A stretch of DNA of 61,114 nt, filler included, from Sphacelaria rigidula (GCA_964200075.2; 3 parts of 3 records of this genome joined end to end with filler, not necessarily neighbours in it); one strand, 5' to 3'. Positions 12,520 to 25,821 are shown, numbered from the whole stretch's first letter. Notes: generated by a model from the letters alone, not told the origin. Numbers and translations are program-made.

Positions 12520-15173
12520 ATCTTACCCGTCTAAAGTTCCCCCAAAACATGGTGGCATGGAATTGAGGTGGTGTGACCAATGCGTTCTACGGGCGGAATG
12601 CAGGCGCACAGAGCAAGACCTGGCACCAGGTGTGAGAGAACTTTGGCGCGGAGAAAGACGTTGGTGATGCTTGTGCAACGACGAATGATCAGGAAAACCA
12701 CTTCGACGCGTACCCCAGTAGAAGCCATGTTGGCAATACTTGTCAATAAACTGGCAGTTTTGATTTATCGGACGTGTCGTGAGCGGTCATCCTTTACGAC
12801 GTGCTTACCCAATTCAACTGCATGAGCACACGTCGAACACGTGCCCAAGTGCCGAGGACACCGACACACACTCACGTGACGAAAACGTGTACGAGACATA
12901 GGTCGAATCTCAAGATGGCATGAACAGCAAACCGCTAGCCGACTTACGTGGCATGCTATCATTTACGTTACTGCAATGTAAAGGCCAGGGATTGGGGTAC
13001 AACATACTGCACACGCCTACGCACTTCACCAGCTCAACGTAAAATGAAAAACGTCAGTCAGTCACACAAAGGCCACAACCGTACGCATGCCCTGGATTCG
13101 ACCAACAGAACATGGTGCAAGGAATGCAGCGGTTGCGAACCCACGACAGGAGCACACCGAACTGAAAAGACCAGTAACGGCCGACATCGAAACCAAATAG
13201 GGTATAAACATGTCTCGGATAGTCTGTCTTACCAGCCGCCGGCGTTGGCGACAGCGGGATCAGGGACGCGCGCGCTACCGACAAGCCAGCGCTCATTTGC
13301 GGTAGATTCATACCGGTGCGGGCGCCGGAGTCAGGCCGTACGGACGTCTGACGCCCCCTCATATTGGACGCTTGGTAGCCAAAGTCGGTGGCGGCACGGT
13401 TACCGGCGCCGCTGCCGGCAAGACTCGCAGCGCTGCTATTACCCTGCTCATGGTGGCCGAGGCTGCTATCAGAAGTGGGGCAGTGACGCGGCGGCAACAG
13501 GAGTGTGCCGACGGTTACAAGGCGGGAGCCGCTTGTATACCAACGGCCAACATTTTGCAATACCTACACGCTAGAACAGATATTCGGGCGATTCATAAGT
13601 GCTCGGTAATTGGCAGTCCTGCCGGCTTCAGGGCCAGTCGCCTGGCTGCGCATGCGAGACATCGTCGATTGGAGCTCAAACGGGCCACTGTACAGGGACC
13701 AGACGACAAACTTCTCACATGCACTTTTTGTATTTCAGTTAGGAAGAACGAAGAAATCAGATTTCTATTGTTCTTACCGTGGCTTTGGCGCTCCGCACCG
13801 TGCGCAATTAGACTTGCTTTGATGTCCCCATGCCGGACAACCAGGGCCAACACACTTCCTGCACAGAGACAGCAGCGGAACACCAACATACCGGGACGAT
13901 GAGAGATGCTTGCCAAACAACACACAAGAGCACTTCGTTGGATGACAAAGTGTCAGAAATTAGAGGGATGATGCGCTCGGAGTCCACGGCACATTCTCTC
14001 GTTTTTTTGTGTCATACGCAGCAACGCATTCTCCCCTAGCAACAGCCCATCGCAACCAAGCTGGACAGCACAAGTGGAGACACGAGATAAACTGTGCAAC
14101 ACGCTGCATTTCTCAAAGTCGCAAACCACCGGGCTCTTACCATGAAGAACTTGCCCCTCCCTTCTTTTTCATGGGTACGTTTCTGCTGGCCTGCGGGTAC
14201 CCTCGTCTACCGCCGTTGTTAGAGGCCATGCTCTTGTTCCAGTCTGCGAATGATGCAGGAAAGGGCACGGGCGGAGCGGCCGCAGTACCGATGATGTTGG
14301 GATTGCGCGCAAGACTAACTAACTGGAAACGTGGTGCAGTGATGTGAAACATCATGGGGCCCCCGCCGCGGGGCTCGGTTGAGCGGGAAGCGTCTCAGCC
14401 AAAGTTGCCAGATGAGTGTGATACCGACGTGTTTTGCGTTTCCTTGGGTGAACCAATACATCACAAGGGAGCAACACGCGGACAGGAGCAGCAAGCGTTT
14501 TGTGGCGAACGTAGGTGTCTACGAGTGGACCAAAACGAGGAGGAAGCAGGACGACGATTACGTAGCAGCTAATGATGGCCGCCGTAAAAAGGGGAAGATA
14601 TATTACCGTGACGCGGCAAATCCAAGGACAGAACTAGACGGCACGAGCGCAAGCTTCAGTGCATACCTCCGTTGGTCGTGACGAAGAAAGCGCGAGCTCC
14701 TAAAGCGTTTGGTGGCAATAAAAAACAACATGCTACACACCACAGACAGCTGATATCGCCAGAATGACTTGTTACAAACAGGGGCGAATCCTACAAAAAA
14801 CCAAGCCCGTACATGATCACAGGAATGATAGGCGCAACGGCAAAAACACAAAGTACAACGTTCTATACGCCATCTCAACTAAGTAGCATGTTGCCGAACA
14901 TCGCATGAACACAAGAAGCCGCGTAGAACAGCTGCTGCTGAACGTCACACGGAAGACCTAGGCAGCGTTCGCTGCCAACAACACGAGAAAAAAAATTGCA
15001 AGCCGCACAGAGAAATGCAACAATCAACGATAACCGGAAAAATCAAGAACGCATGGCAATGAACACGAAAAACGGTGATGACATGCACACCGCAGTACGG
15101 GCCGGTCGCACAACTCGAGACAAAAGAGTGTCTCCGGGGCGTACAACACGAACACGAGCTCAGAGTAGCACAC

Positions 15174-15323
15174 CAAGAGGATCCCTGCAATTGTACAAGT
15201 ATCCCCGTGTCTACCGCACTTCTGCTCAGCTACTTGTGCAACTTGAGGCAAGAGGATCCCTGCAATTGTAAAAGCACCCCCGTGTCCACCGCACTTTTGC
15301 CCAGCTACCTGTGCCACTTGAGG
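15174..15323. repeat. 75-bp tandem duplication
   Basis: CAAGAGGATCCCTGCAATTGTA...ACTTGAGG at 15174 and 15249. Confidence 0.9.
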
Positions 15324-15705
15324 CTTTCAAGCTAGCTGATGAAGCAAATGGACGAAAGTTCCGCCGTCATTTGTTTTCTTTGCCCAAGTCGATTCCACCG
15401 CATCTTTTGCTGCTGCCGTCAAAGCGTGCGCTCTGCGTGCCACGAACTGCATATCACGTGCGACACGTGCTGCGTCTCATCAAACCGCATAACTATCATA
15501 TTGCTGAGCGTAGGTGCTTTCAGTCCATCAATAATGCCATAAACGACGTAGTTGAGTGCGGAAACCCCTCTCAACAACTAGAGCAGTGTATAGCGCTTGC
15601 CCAGACAGACTGAGATTGACCGTGCAGCACTAGATACGCCGAGGGCGAGACTCCGTCGAGCAGCGCATCGAATATACCAAGGTCATGAAAAGTGGTGTTG
15701 TTCGG

Positions 15706-18440
15706 GGGGTGAGGGGAGGGGGGGTGTACTCATTTGTTGCTTGCCTTAGCCGTTTGACCATTGACGACGCATCCCCTCCGAGACAGAGCACCGTTCCTAC
15801 CCGTAATGGAGTCATCTCCCACATTTCGGTGCTCATCACATCGAATCCCCGTCCTGTCTGGCCCTCTTTGGCCACCATCTATCTCCTAGTATGGCCATCA
15901 TCTTCTCCCTACTGTCTAATGCATCCAACGATTTCATGCCATCTCCGCTTCCTTCCCGCTTTTCCTCCTCTAGCACGCACATTCTGCGACTATATGAGTT
16001 CTACTCTCTATTGCTTTGCCACATCGGTAATGCTGTGCATCTACTCCCTCCTCCACTCGACTACTGGTGCACCTCTCTCTTCTTTCTGGCAAGTCCAGGT
16101 CCCCCGCTCGAAATCGTACTTTCAATTCTTTTGCGGAGTCGATTAGGGCATGCAGATGTGTTTTTATCCCAATGCCCTTTCTCAACCCCCCGTATATCTT
16201 CAGGTATTCTTCCTCGTCTACTTTCCGTCTCAGCGTTTGTTTGTTCCTTCTTTCTATCATGTCGTAATTTTGTCTTGTACCCTCTGCCTTCACCTATGGA
16301 CATTATCTCATCTTGGTATCCTCCCATCTCCTTCCATACGTTCTCGACTACTCTATCCCACTTGACTTCATTCCAGCCTGCCCTTTTGTCATTCTCTTCC
16401 ATACAGTCCCATCAATTATGGCTGGCAATCTCTTTCTCTGTATATTCTTTACGCTGAATTGCCATTCCATTTTCCTCATGTCTCTGTTTCAAGTGGGTAC
16501 ATTCCCAGCTCTCAGTGCTGTATTACTCGGCGTTTTTGAGCATCCAATGCTTCCTTAGCTGCTGTCATTTGTACTGTTTTCAACTTCTCCACCATCTTCG
16601 CGTTCCCCTCCCATAGTTATCCTGCTTAGTCCAGCTTTGGTACAATAATATTACTCAGGGTAGGTCTCTTCATTCTAGTATCTAGGTGCGAATCTCTGAG
16701 GACCACGTCCATCCTGCCCATCTGTGCATTTCCCTCATCTCTCACTTTATTCATGTGTGCATCCCAAGAACAGTTTTTGAGATACCTACGCCAAGGTATG
16801 TATACTGGTCTACGATCGTCAACTCCTTTTTTCCTCACTTCCATTTACTTGAACTCTACCGAGTTCACGTTTTTTTCGTTCAAGACGAGTACCGCGTAGT
16901 TGTATACACTCGCTGTAACTCTTCATTTCCTGGTGTATTGTAGCGCCTTCTCTATTTGCTTCTGTAATCCTTGTTGTGCTTCTGATATCCCCACGAAATC
17001 ATCCGCGAATATCAGTCCTGATACCATAACTTCCTCCACCTTGACCCCTTGCTTTGCTGCCTCTATTGCTATAATCAGGTTATTGATAAACACCTTGAAT
17101 AAATCGGGTGATGATGTACATCCTTGTGCAACTCCTCGTAAAGTACCAAAATATTTCGATATTCCCCCGTCTAGCATCATAACACTGTTGGCACATTCTG
17201 TCGTCTTCTTCACCATTCTCCACATATTTCCTGTGATGCTAATTTCCCACATCTTTCCCCACAACCTGTTTCTCCATACTGTGCCACAGGCCTCTTGTAC
17301 GCCCAAAAGAAACACTACGTTGTCAGCTCGGCGTCGTTCCTACCCTGAATAATCTTACTTAGTGTGTACATGGTCTACGTAACTACGGTTTGGTCTAAAA
17401 CCTGTTTGCCCCTCGCTGATTTTTTCTTTCGTTTCTAGCGTCGTTCCTACTCTATCGCTCAGAGTCTTACAAAACGTTTTCCCCACGGTGCTCAGTAGCG
17501 TTATCCCTCTATAGTCTCCTGGGTCAGCCTCGTCTCCTTTCATGAAAAGGTTGACTACTACTCCTTATTTCCACCTCTTGGGCGTGTACTCGTTCTCCCA
17601 GATCCAGTTACACAACATAACCATCATGATAATCATTCCCTCTCCCCCGTACTTTTGAAATTCATTCACTATTTCGTCTGTCTCTGTTGCCTTTCTCTGT
17701 TGAACTCTCTCTGCAATTCTTCCAACCCAATATCCTCCCTCTTTGATACCTCTGCATTTGCCTCCGCCCATGCACTGATTTCTTTCTCGAATTCCATGTC
17801 GAACTCCGTGGTTGTTTTTGGTGTTCCTGGTTTGGGGTAGTGCTCTGCTAGTACTTCTCTCTTTCCCTTCGAACTACCAACCATTATAGCGTTATATGCC
17901 CGTAGTGTGGCTATCCCCTTGTCCATCTTCCCTGCCTGGTTTCCCATTAGCCCTTTCATCTCTACCCACATCTGTTTCATCCCGCCATCGAAATCCTAAT
18001 TTGCTTTTTTTCATTACATATCCCCATACTCGCTTCTTTTTCTTCTCTACCATATTTTTAACTTCCTTTCGAGCTTTGGTGTACTCCTTCCATTCTAACG
18101 TAGCTTCAGTCGATATGTATTTTGCCTGGGCCTCTCTCATTCCTGTTATAGCCTCTTATACTTCCTCATACTTCCTCATCCCACCATTCTACTGCTCTGT
18201 TGCATACGATCAGTGTCTTCCCTATGACATTATTCGCTGTGTTCTAGACCAGCTGCTCTCATTCTTCTTTAACCTTCGCTCCTGCCCGATTCGTTTCCAT
18301 TTCGGTATCAGCTGTACCTACGATTTACAACAGCTCGGAACATTTCTCCGCATTTTTGGCAATATCCTCTTGGAACTCTTGCTGTTTTCCTTTCCTTTCT
18401 AGGATAAATATTCTCCATTTGTACAACTTCCTACCCCGCC
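15706..18440 (-). mobile_element. Decayed, 5'-truncated LINE (family B): reverse transcriptase and C-terminal Cys/His region, many frameshifts
   Basis: Fragments KGD..DPGDYRGITLLSTVGK, EGQTGFRPNRS..DH, GVAQGCTSSP.LF.VFIN, FADD, and C-terminal CG...ESRTHIVAEC. C-rich tail at 15706-15724. No endonuclease domain seen. Confidence 0.93.
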
Positions 18441-18548
18441 TATTTCTTTTAGCTATATAAATACCGTGCCGAGATGCTAACAAATGAGACCAAAACCGCT
18501 CCAAATCGCGGAAGTCACAAAAGCTGAATTTCTCGTCGATGTTCCAGT

Positions 18549-18748
18549 GTCACGACCCGAATTTGGAGAACACGTGCGAATGGACAATTTCACAGCCATC
18601 ATATGCTGTTTCCTTCTCGCTTATACTTTTGGTGAGAGTGTTCTTCAGAATTCAACCATATGGACCGATTTTAGACGAAAACGTACAGCGCTAGTGATGA
18701 TCCTCAAATGGTCGATTCGCACCTCTTCTCGAAGTTCCGGGTCGTGAC
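18549..18748. mobile_element. MITE-like element with about 42-bp imperfect inverted repeats
   Basis: GTCACGACCCGAATTTGGAGAACACGTGCGAATGGACAATTT matches the reverse complement of 18706-18748. Confidence 0.55.
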
Positions 18749-18861
18749 TCCCAAACCTCGAGTAAGGAGTCACCAGAGACACTTGTTGTTGCTATCTCCA
18801 GTAGTGGCACCAGCCAGTACAAGCTGGTCTGCCAAAGAAGAATGAGAAGTGCCATCGCAAC

Positions 18862-19288
18862 CTTAAACGCGGGGTTTTACAAATTCAGGGTAGATTTGTC
18901 TTTAATGATGAGCCTTCGGGACCTTCAAAAGCATCGAAATATCTCCGAATTAAAAATCCGAATGCATTTTCCGACCCTTATATGTGGCCTCGCTCATCCT
19001 AAGAAGAATCCATCCGCAATTCATAAAACTCCCGTGTTCATACCGAACAATTTCGATCTCCTTTCATTCCCGTATAAAACTATTATCATTTTTCAGAGTC
19101 CCCTGTCGTCAACACGGGATTTAACTTATTGAGGGTGGGTTTTCTTTTAAGGATGAATGAGGCCACACATCACGGCCAGATAGTGCATTTGCTTTTCATT
19201 CGAAAATGTTTCGATGGTTATCTAGGTTTCTAAGGTTCTTCCTCATGAAAGGATCCATCCTTAATTTGTGAAATCCCGTGTGTTTACT
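18862..19288. mobile_element. Degenerate foldback element (arms about 175 bp)
   Basis: 18862-19040 aligns to the reverse complement of 19113-19288, for example ATGTGGCCTCGCTCATCCT versus AGGATGAATGAGGCCACACAT. A related CACGGGATTTT motif occurs at about 20205. Confidence 0.6.
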
Positions 19289-20322
19289 GCATGAAGTTCA
19301 AGAGTTCACAGTTCGAAATGTTGCGGGAGCAGGTCGGGTAGGGTATTATACCCTATACCAAGTTCATCTCTCTTTGCCATATGTTTTATTGTTTTCTTCA
19401 GATCTCACAACAGGTACACGTTTCAGAGACCACGCGCTACCGCATCTACTGGGCATCAGTAGTCACCACCTCAGTATTGTGTCTAGGTGTTCGTGTGTAA
19501 ATTTGCACTTTGAAAATCGTGAAAACCGTGGGGGTGAAAAGGGAAACAAGAAGTTTGATTTTTTCGGGGTGCATTTCCCCGCTGTTTTGGGAAAATGTTC
19601 AGAAACTCGTTTGCGGAACAGTTCCATTTACAAGGCTCATCTTTCACTCTCGACCATCAACTCGAGATGGTTTGACACGCAAAAGAAGATCAATTATCAT
19701 ATTGTTCCGTCACATTAGCTTGATCGCTGAAAAATCGTGGTCGCAGAGTGCAAGGCTTTAAAACTCGTGTTTTGGGAAACTAGCAGATCTACGCAGAGAA
19801 AAAAGACACCTCAATACTTTACGAAAAAAAATACCCACATGATGACAGCTAGTTATGGCCGCGACGAGCAGATGAGACACACTCTCCATCGGATAAAGTT
19901 GATACCAATCAACACCAAATTATGCTATAAATGCTTCTAGGCTACACTCTTAGGCTCCACCTTCACCTAAACGAGGGCAGCTCTCCCAAGCGCTGCGTTG
20001 CAGTTCGATGGTTTGTACTTCTCCAAAAAAGAAGCTTGGGGGAAAAGATCAAGCCGCTTCGTTGTCGGAGAAGGCTGAACGCAGAGTCCGAAATGTCCGA
20101 AAGTGTCCGACATCTCTGAAAAAATAGTGTCGATAATAATGGGCCTAAAATAATATTTGTTGGGGGTACAAGTCACAAGTCAAAACGACACCTACGCTCT
20201 GAACACGGGATTTTACGAATTGAAGATGACCATTTTTTGAGGATGAACCTTGGAAACCTTCATGAAACAGCCGATCATCTATGTTGAGGATGGTGCTTTT
20301 CATTGAGGATGAGAACCCGGAG

Positions 20323-20422
20323 NNNNNNNNNNNNNNNNNNNNNNNNNNNNNNNNNNNNNNNNNNNNTTAATTAATTAANNNNNNNNNNNNNNNNNNNNNN
20401 NNNNNNNNNNNNNNNNNNNNNN
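20323..20422. other. Artificial scaffold spacer N44-TTAATTAATTAA-N44
   Basis: Exactly 100 nt, with a linker carrying stops in all six frames. Confidence 0.97.
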
Positions 20423-20519
20423 GGGCATCTAGTGCCTCTGCTCGTAATATATTGATTTTAGTATGGAAACTCATGTGCGCCATATCGGGATATATAACGA
20501 GTTAGGTGAAGGTGAGGGT

Positions 20520-20830
20520 ATATATCGTCTCACCTTACTCCAGATAATATCCACATCAAAAGCCGTCGTCATCCGCTGAATGCACCGATCGGGGGTTTCA
20601 TGGAGATTTTAGTATGGAAGCCACCTCCGTCATGTATAGGAATTCCTAGACATGGGGTTTAATCAACGAGAAAACGTGGGCCCAAACTTTTGATCAGATG
20701 GGCACATTCCCCTTGGTCAGACGATTAATACGATATGCGGGTCACGGCCCAACTNNNNNNNNCTCGTCTGTGTCGATGAGATATTGCTTTTAGAGCTTAA
20801 ATCCGTTTTTAGGCTGGCCCAGCTCGTACA
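20520..20830 (-). repeat. Dispersed repeat; uninterrupted homolog of 24530-24688 plus 25578-25700
   Basis: The reverse complement shares GCTGGGCCAGCCTAAAAACG.ATTTAAGCTCT, ATCGTATTAATCGT and ATGAAACCCCGATCG...CATTCAGCGGA with the other copy. Confidence 0.8.
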
Positions 20831-21362
20831 GCTGCGGCCCGGAGATAAGAAACGTCAATTTGGGTTGAGGCTCAAAATCTTCTTTCGGGCGCAAACACCA
20901 GCAGAAGTGTTGTGCTTTCTCTTACATTGAGTTTTCTTATATTTCTGCTAGCTCAGCCCTGATCATGTTGACGTGGGATTATGCAAGCTCAGCCTTGATC
21001 ATGCTGGCATTATGCTCGTATGCTAATTCGGGCAAAAAAAACGAATTATGCTAGAAATTATGCCGGCACAAAGGACTCAGGCCAAGCGGTCGCACAAAGC
21101 ACAGGACCGGCATCGATCGCGCCGCATGAAACAGCCGTAAATCGAGAACGTATGCCGCTCCCACAAAAAGTACAGTTGAGCAGCGGGAGACCTAGAGATG
21201 AAGGGTATATTTCTTTGTTGGGAAGGGGCTTCCCAGTCACCCAGTTATTTATTCATTATGCCTATTCTAAGTATGTATCCGCGCTGTTTCTTATTTTCGT
21301 GTTTCTTATCTTGTCGCCCAGTTTGAGGTGTGTTTCTTAGTCCATTTTTCCTATTTTCCGTG

Positions 21363-21558
21363 TATACCCTGGACAATAGAATACACGGTAAAAAATGTAC
21401 TGCGTACAGTGTGGGATCTATTGTCTATTGCAGAATACACGGTCAAAAAATAGATCCCATACTCGTACAGTATGGGATCTAGTGTATTGCAATAGACAAA
21501 AGATCCCACACTGTACGCAGTACATTTTTTCACCGTGTATTCTAATGTCCAGGGTATG
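21363..21558. mobile_element. MITE with about 70-bp TIRs (YATACCCTGGACA) and 8-bp TSD TTTCCGTG
   Basis: TSD at 21355-21362 and 21559-21566; TIRs read directly. Confidence 0.92.
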
Positions 21559-22108
21559 TTTCCGTGAAAGGCCCAGCCTAATTTCCTTGACTAAACTTTT
21601 CTTAATTGCGGGCCGCAACTGTAAATTTGGAGGGATCTTTGTTGTATACATAATAGGCGCAGGCGGACTTGAGTGTCGAAAAACCAAACGTTGTCCAATG
21701 GGCGTGCAGCAAGTTTTTGCCATAGTCGAGGTATGAGCGCGTGAACTTTCTGTCGAGCATCGTTCTGGTGTGCGCGCTGACAACTCCGAGCATGTTGTAT
21801 TACTGTGAGACCGCGGAGCGGGTAGTTTATCTGGATCAGGCACTCTCTCTTCAGGTGAAGGTTGGTACCGATTCAGCAGGTGGACCACCCTCGCGGTCTA
21901 AGGTTTGAGAAAGGGGTCAAGAAGTGGAGAAATTTACCATTAAATCAGAGAGCGCTCCCTGGTCAAATGGTCCAACACCCGCTTCTTGAACGGAACATGT
22001 TGTGTGTCGTCTATCCCGGCATGGTTTACCCTTCGACAGCGACCACCCTGCAGGTGGACTGATTGGACTATTCCACATTTGGGGTTCAAAGCCAATAGAC
22101 CTAAAGCC

Positions 22109-22890
22109 GGTCGCCCCGATGGCTCAGTTTTGACCTCGAAATCGTCCGACGGTTGGGTCGTGGGTTCGAATTTCAGAGCGATCTGGGATGTCTTCTCACA
22201 CAGTGCTCAACAGTGGAGAGCGACTACGTCGTGGGTACACAGAATTCCAAGTGTGTGTTCTGTAAGGTACGGTTTTCCGTATACCTGGGTTATTTTTCTG
22301 GATATATATGTACCGTACCGGACAGTTCTGTGACTTCTGCAAGACTTCTATACCGGTACCCGACAGTTCTGTAATCTCTATAATACTTTCATACCCTTAC
22401 CCGATAGTTCTGTAAGTTCTGTACAATACATTTACCCGAACCCGAGGGGCGGGTATACCCGAGAAGAGTTACCCGATTGCCGGTACTGGTTCTCTGTAAG
22501 CCTTCCGTACCGTACCCGACAGGTTCTGTAAAGTCTGTAAGACTTTCATACCGGTACCCGACAGGTCTGTAAACTCTGTGAGACTTCCAAACCGGTACCC
22601 GACAGTTCTGTAAACTCTGTACGGAATCTCATACCCTACATAACATGCCCGTACCTTACAGAACATAACCTTGCAGAATTCGACTCAATTGTCGACGATG
22701 GTAAGGGACTGCTGGGCCCCTCTCGTGATAAAAAATAAAGGCAAGCACTGCAGGAGGAAGGTGAAAACTACAACTAACGAAGAAAAAAATCCTGTGTTGG
22801 CTTCCCCCCTGTGTGACCCCGGCTGGTGTGCACACATATACCGAAAGGTATACGCCTGCATCTAGAGTAGATGGGACGACAATACATGCA
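22109..22890 (+). mobile_element. tRNA-derived SINE, copy 1, split by a MITE
   Basis: A box TGGCTCAGTT and B box GGTTCGAAT. Body homologous to the copies at 24106-24463 and 25822-26184. Confidence 0.88.
22248..22673. mobile_element. Non-autonomous DNA transposon (P- or hAT-type), 8-bp TSD CAGAATTC
   Basis: TIR CAAG.....GTTCTGTAAGGTACGG at both ends. TSD at 22240-22247 and 22674-22681. Internal repeats of CCGGTACCCGACAGTTCTGTAA. Confidence 0.9.
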
Positions 22891-24105
22891 GCTTGGGGCG
22901 CTTATCTATGGTTGACAGCATGACTACTTGATTTTAGAGTTGGTGAAGTTCTGTCAAAATTTACGGTTTGGGGCGGGTGAAGCGAGGTCTTACCGGAAGT
23001 GATTACAGTCTCACTTTCATAAAATCATTCTCGTGAAAACTCACCCATGACTGATTGCGGCGACACCCCCCTCCCAAAAAAAAAATAAAAGCACCGAAAA
23101 ATCACCTTTGTTGATTTGGTGACACCTCGAACGGGAACATAAAACATCCCATTAACAGGGGCATAACTGAAGGCTTGACAAGTCAACAACATCAAACGTG
23201 AACCTGAGGATAGCATTGCCCTCGCAAACCAAAACACACCGCTGCATTCATCGCTGCTTATCAGCTGAACATGCTGTGCATGGCCCTGCTCATCGATTCA
23301 GAATTCAGTGAGAAATGATCATTTGGGTGAGACGCGCGCACAGCAACAGTCAGTCAGCAACGGCACGTTTTCGGTTGCTATTAGACACGCACGCGGCCGC
23401 CCCTCATCTAGTACTCTCGTTTAATACTGGACGGGTTGTCTTCAAAGACTGCTGTGTGTAAATGACCATGAGACAGCGCCTCAGCTGTCATACGCGTGAG
23501 TGGTGGGTGTCTATATGTGGGTTCTCGTGGTTTGGTGTGTCGGCACCGTGCTACCTCGTCGCGACTTGTACAGAGATATTGGACAAACGGCCACTTTCAA
23601 AACCTCCACATTTTCGTACCTTTGTGCAGATCTGGCCTTCGATCTGGACAACTGCTTGTCGATAAGACTCAGCAGTGGTCGTTGTGGAGGCCATCACTTC
23701 TCCAAAAGTTTTTTTTTTTAATGTGGTCACTTCCGATAAGACCCAGCCTGAGCAGTGAGCTCAGCTCGTCCACAGCATGTTTTCGTCGAAATCGGCGCGT
23801 AAGGCGTCGAATTGACATTTTCCAACGCACACTTTGCCTAGGGGAACTTACGCACCCCCTTTGCCCGAGGGTCTCGTACGCCTTGGGTCGGGGTGAGGGC
23901 TACAGTTAGTGTTGTTGAACACTACGCAAAGGCATCAGCAGCATGCAGTGAATTGTGTGCAGTCGAGAGCGATGGCGCCCTTCTACTGTTGTCTCTAGCC
24001 GTTGTATCCAGCGAAGGTATACAGCAAACATAGATATTGACTCTGCACGCAATTGCGACTGCAGGGTTAGAACTCGTCAGGGGTTCTCCGGGTCCATCTT
24101 GTATC

Positions 24106-24463
24106 TGTGTGTGTTGTCGTCCCATCTATTCTGCACGCCACTCTACACCTTCCGGTATATGTGGGCGCACCAGCCGGGGTCACACAGGAGGAAGGTCAAC
24201 ACAGGCACTTTTTTATTTTTTATTTGTTTTTGGTACCCCACCTTCCTTCTGCGGTGATTGCCTTTTTATTTTTTATCGCGAGTGGGGTCCAGCATTCCCT
24301 TCCCCTCGTCGACCGTTAAGTCGAATTTTGTGTACCCACGACATGGTCGCTCTCCACTGTTGGGCATGGCGTTGAAAAAAATCCCAGATCGCTCCGAGAA
24401 TTAAACCCACGACCCACCCGTCAGAAGGTGTCGAGGTTACCAACTGAGCCACCGGGACGACCC
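24106..24463 (-). mobile_element. tRNA-derived SINE, copy 2, (CA)n tail
   Basis: Reverse complement starts GGGTCGTCCCGGTGGCTCAGTTGGTAA, followed by a conserved body of about 360 bp. Confidence 0.9.
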
Positions 24464-24688
24464 TGTATATAGATTTCCAAATCCTGTACCCATGTAATGT
24501 ATGTTTGAATTGTCATGACCAAAATGAACTTCAAGCTGGGCCAGCCTAAAAACGAATTTAAGCTCTCGAAGCAGTATCTCATCGACACGGACGAGTTGCG
24601 CAGTGATCCGCATTTATTATCGTATTAATCGTATAACCAAGACAGAGGTGCTCATCCGCTCAAAAATCTGGGCCAATATCTTCTCGTA

Positions 24689-25577
24689 CAGGCTGGTTCA
24701 CGCTAATCACCCCAAAAACACTCATCGGCAAAAGCTCACGCCGTTTTGAGGAGTTAGACCCTAAAATTTTGCACGAATGTTCTATGGGTCATTACGCAAC
24801 TTTGCAGGAACGTTTTTTTTTCGCTTCTTTCACCGTTTTTCGGGGTCCCAGTTTTTTGGGGGAAACCTCGACCCAATCGGACCCCCGTAAAACGGTAACA
24901 AAACAAGAAAATAAACGTTCCTCCAAAGTTGCGTGATGCCCCAAATCACTGTTATGCAAAATTTCAGGGTCTAACTCCTTGAAACGGCGTGAGGTTTTTG
25001 GCCTTTGTGCGATGAAGTTTGCCGTACCGCGGTGAAACCGCAAACTACTTGATTTTAGTAGCAACGGCGTTTTTTGGCCTTCTTTGGCGTGAACATGGAA
25101 ATCCAAGCATCAATTGATCGAGTTTTGCGACGAAAATTTGTTGAGCCCATCCTTGGGTTATGCGGAGTCAGGTAGTCCGCGAAAAAGTGAAGAAAAAAAG
25201 TCGGGGTGCCGTTTTTCTAGGGCCCCAGCATGGAGACTTATTCGAAAAACGATCTCAATCCTATCGGACCCCCGAAAAACGGGGAAAAACTCAATTATGT
25301 ACAAAAAACGTCGCCCGTAGAAAGTTGGGTAATGATACATGTGGGTAATGATACATGAAACATTCATGCGAAGTTTCACGATCTACAGAAACTCCTGATG
25401 ACAGCGTGAAAGTTTGCGCGTTTGTGGAGCACGTGGGCTTGAAACGTGCATCTCCTAACTACTTGGTTTTAGTATAGAATCGTCTTTTGGGGTGAATTTA
25501 ACGTCGAGGCAAAAAAAACTGTATGAGGTTTTACTTGCTGATGACAATATTTTGGGTGATCATCGTGAAAAAGCCTG
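24689..25577. mobile_element. Non-autonomous Tc1/mariner-like element, TA TSD
   Basis: TA|CAGGCT..TTCACG.T.ATCACCC.AAA at both ends, inverted. It interrupts a repeat whose empty site is seen at about 20650. Confidence 0.8.
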
Positions 25578-25821
25578 TATTAAACCTCATGTCTAGTAAT
25601 TCTTACACCGTACGGAGATAGCGCCTTTACCAAGATCTATATGAAACCCCGATCGATACATTCAGCGGACAAGTTTTGGTGTGATTCCCTGAAGCACGGG
25701 GGAACATGGATACGAGCTGGGCCGTACTGGCTCCCTGTACATCGTGTGGTATCGCTGTACAGTAGTTCGCCGTATCGCAATGCACTACTGTTGTAGGATT
25801 CTGTATTGCACTCTCTGAGTT

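Noticed and set aside
20367-20378. TTAATTAATTAA as a piggyBac target or biological motif
   Set aside because: It is centred in a 100-nt N spacer and is an assembly linker.
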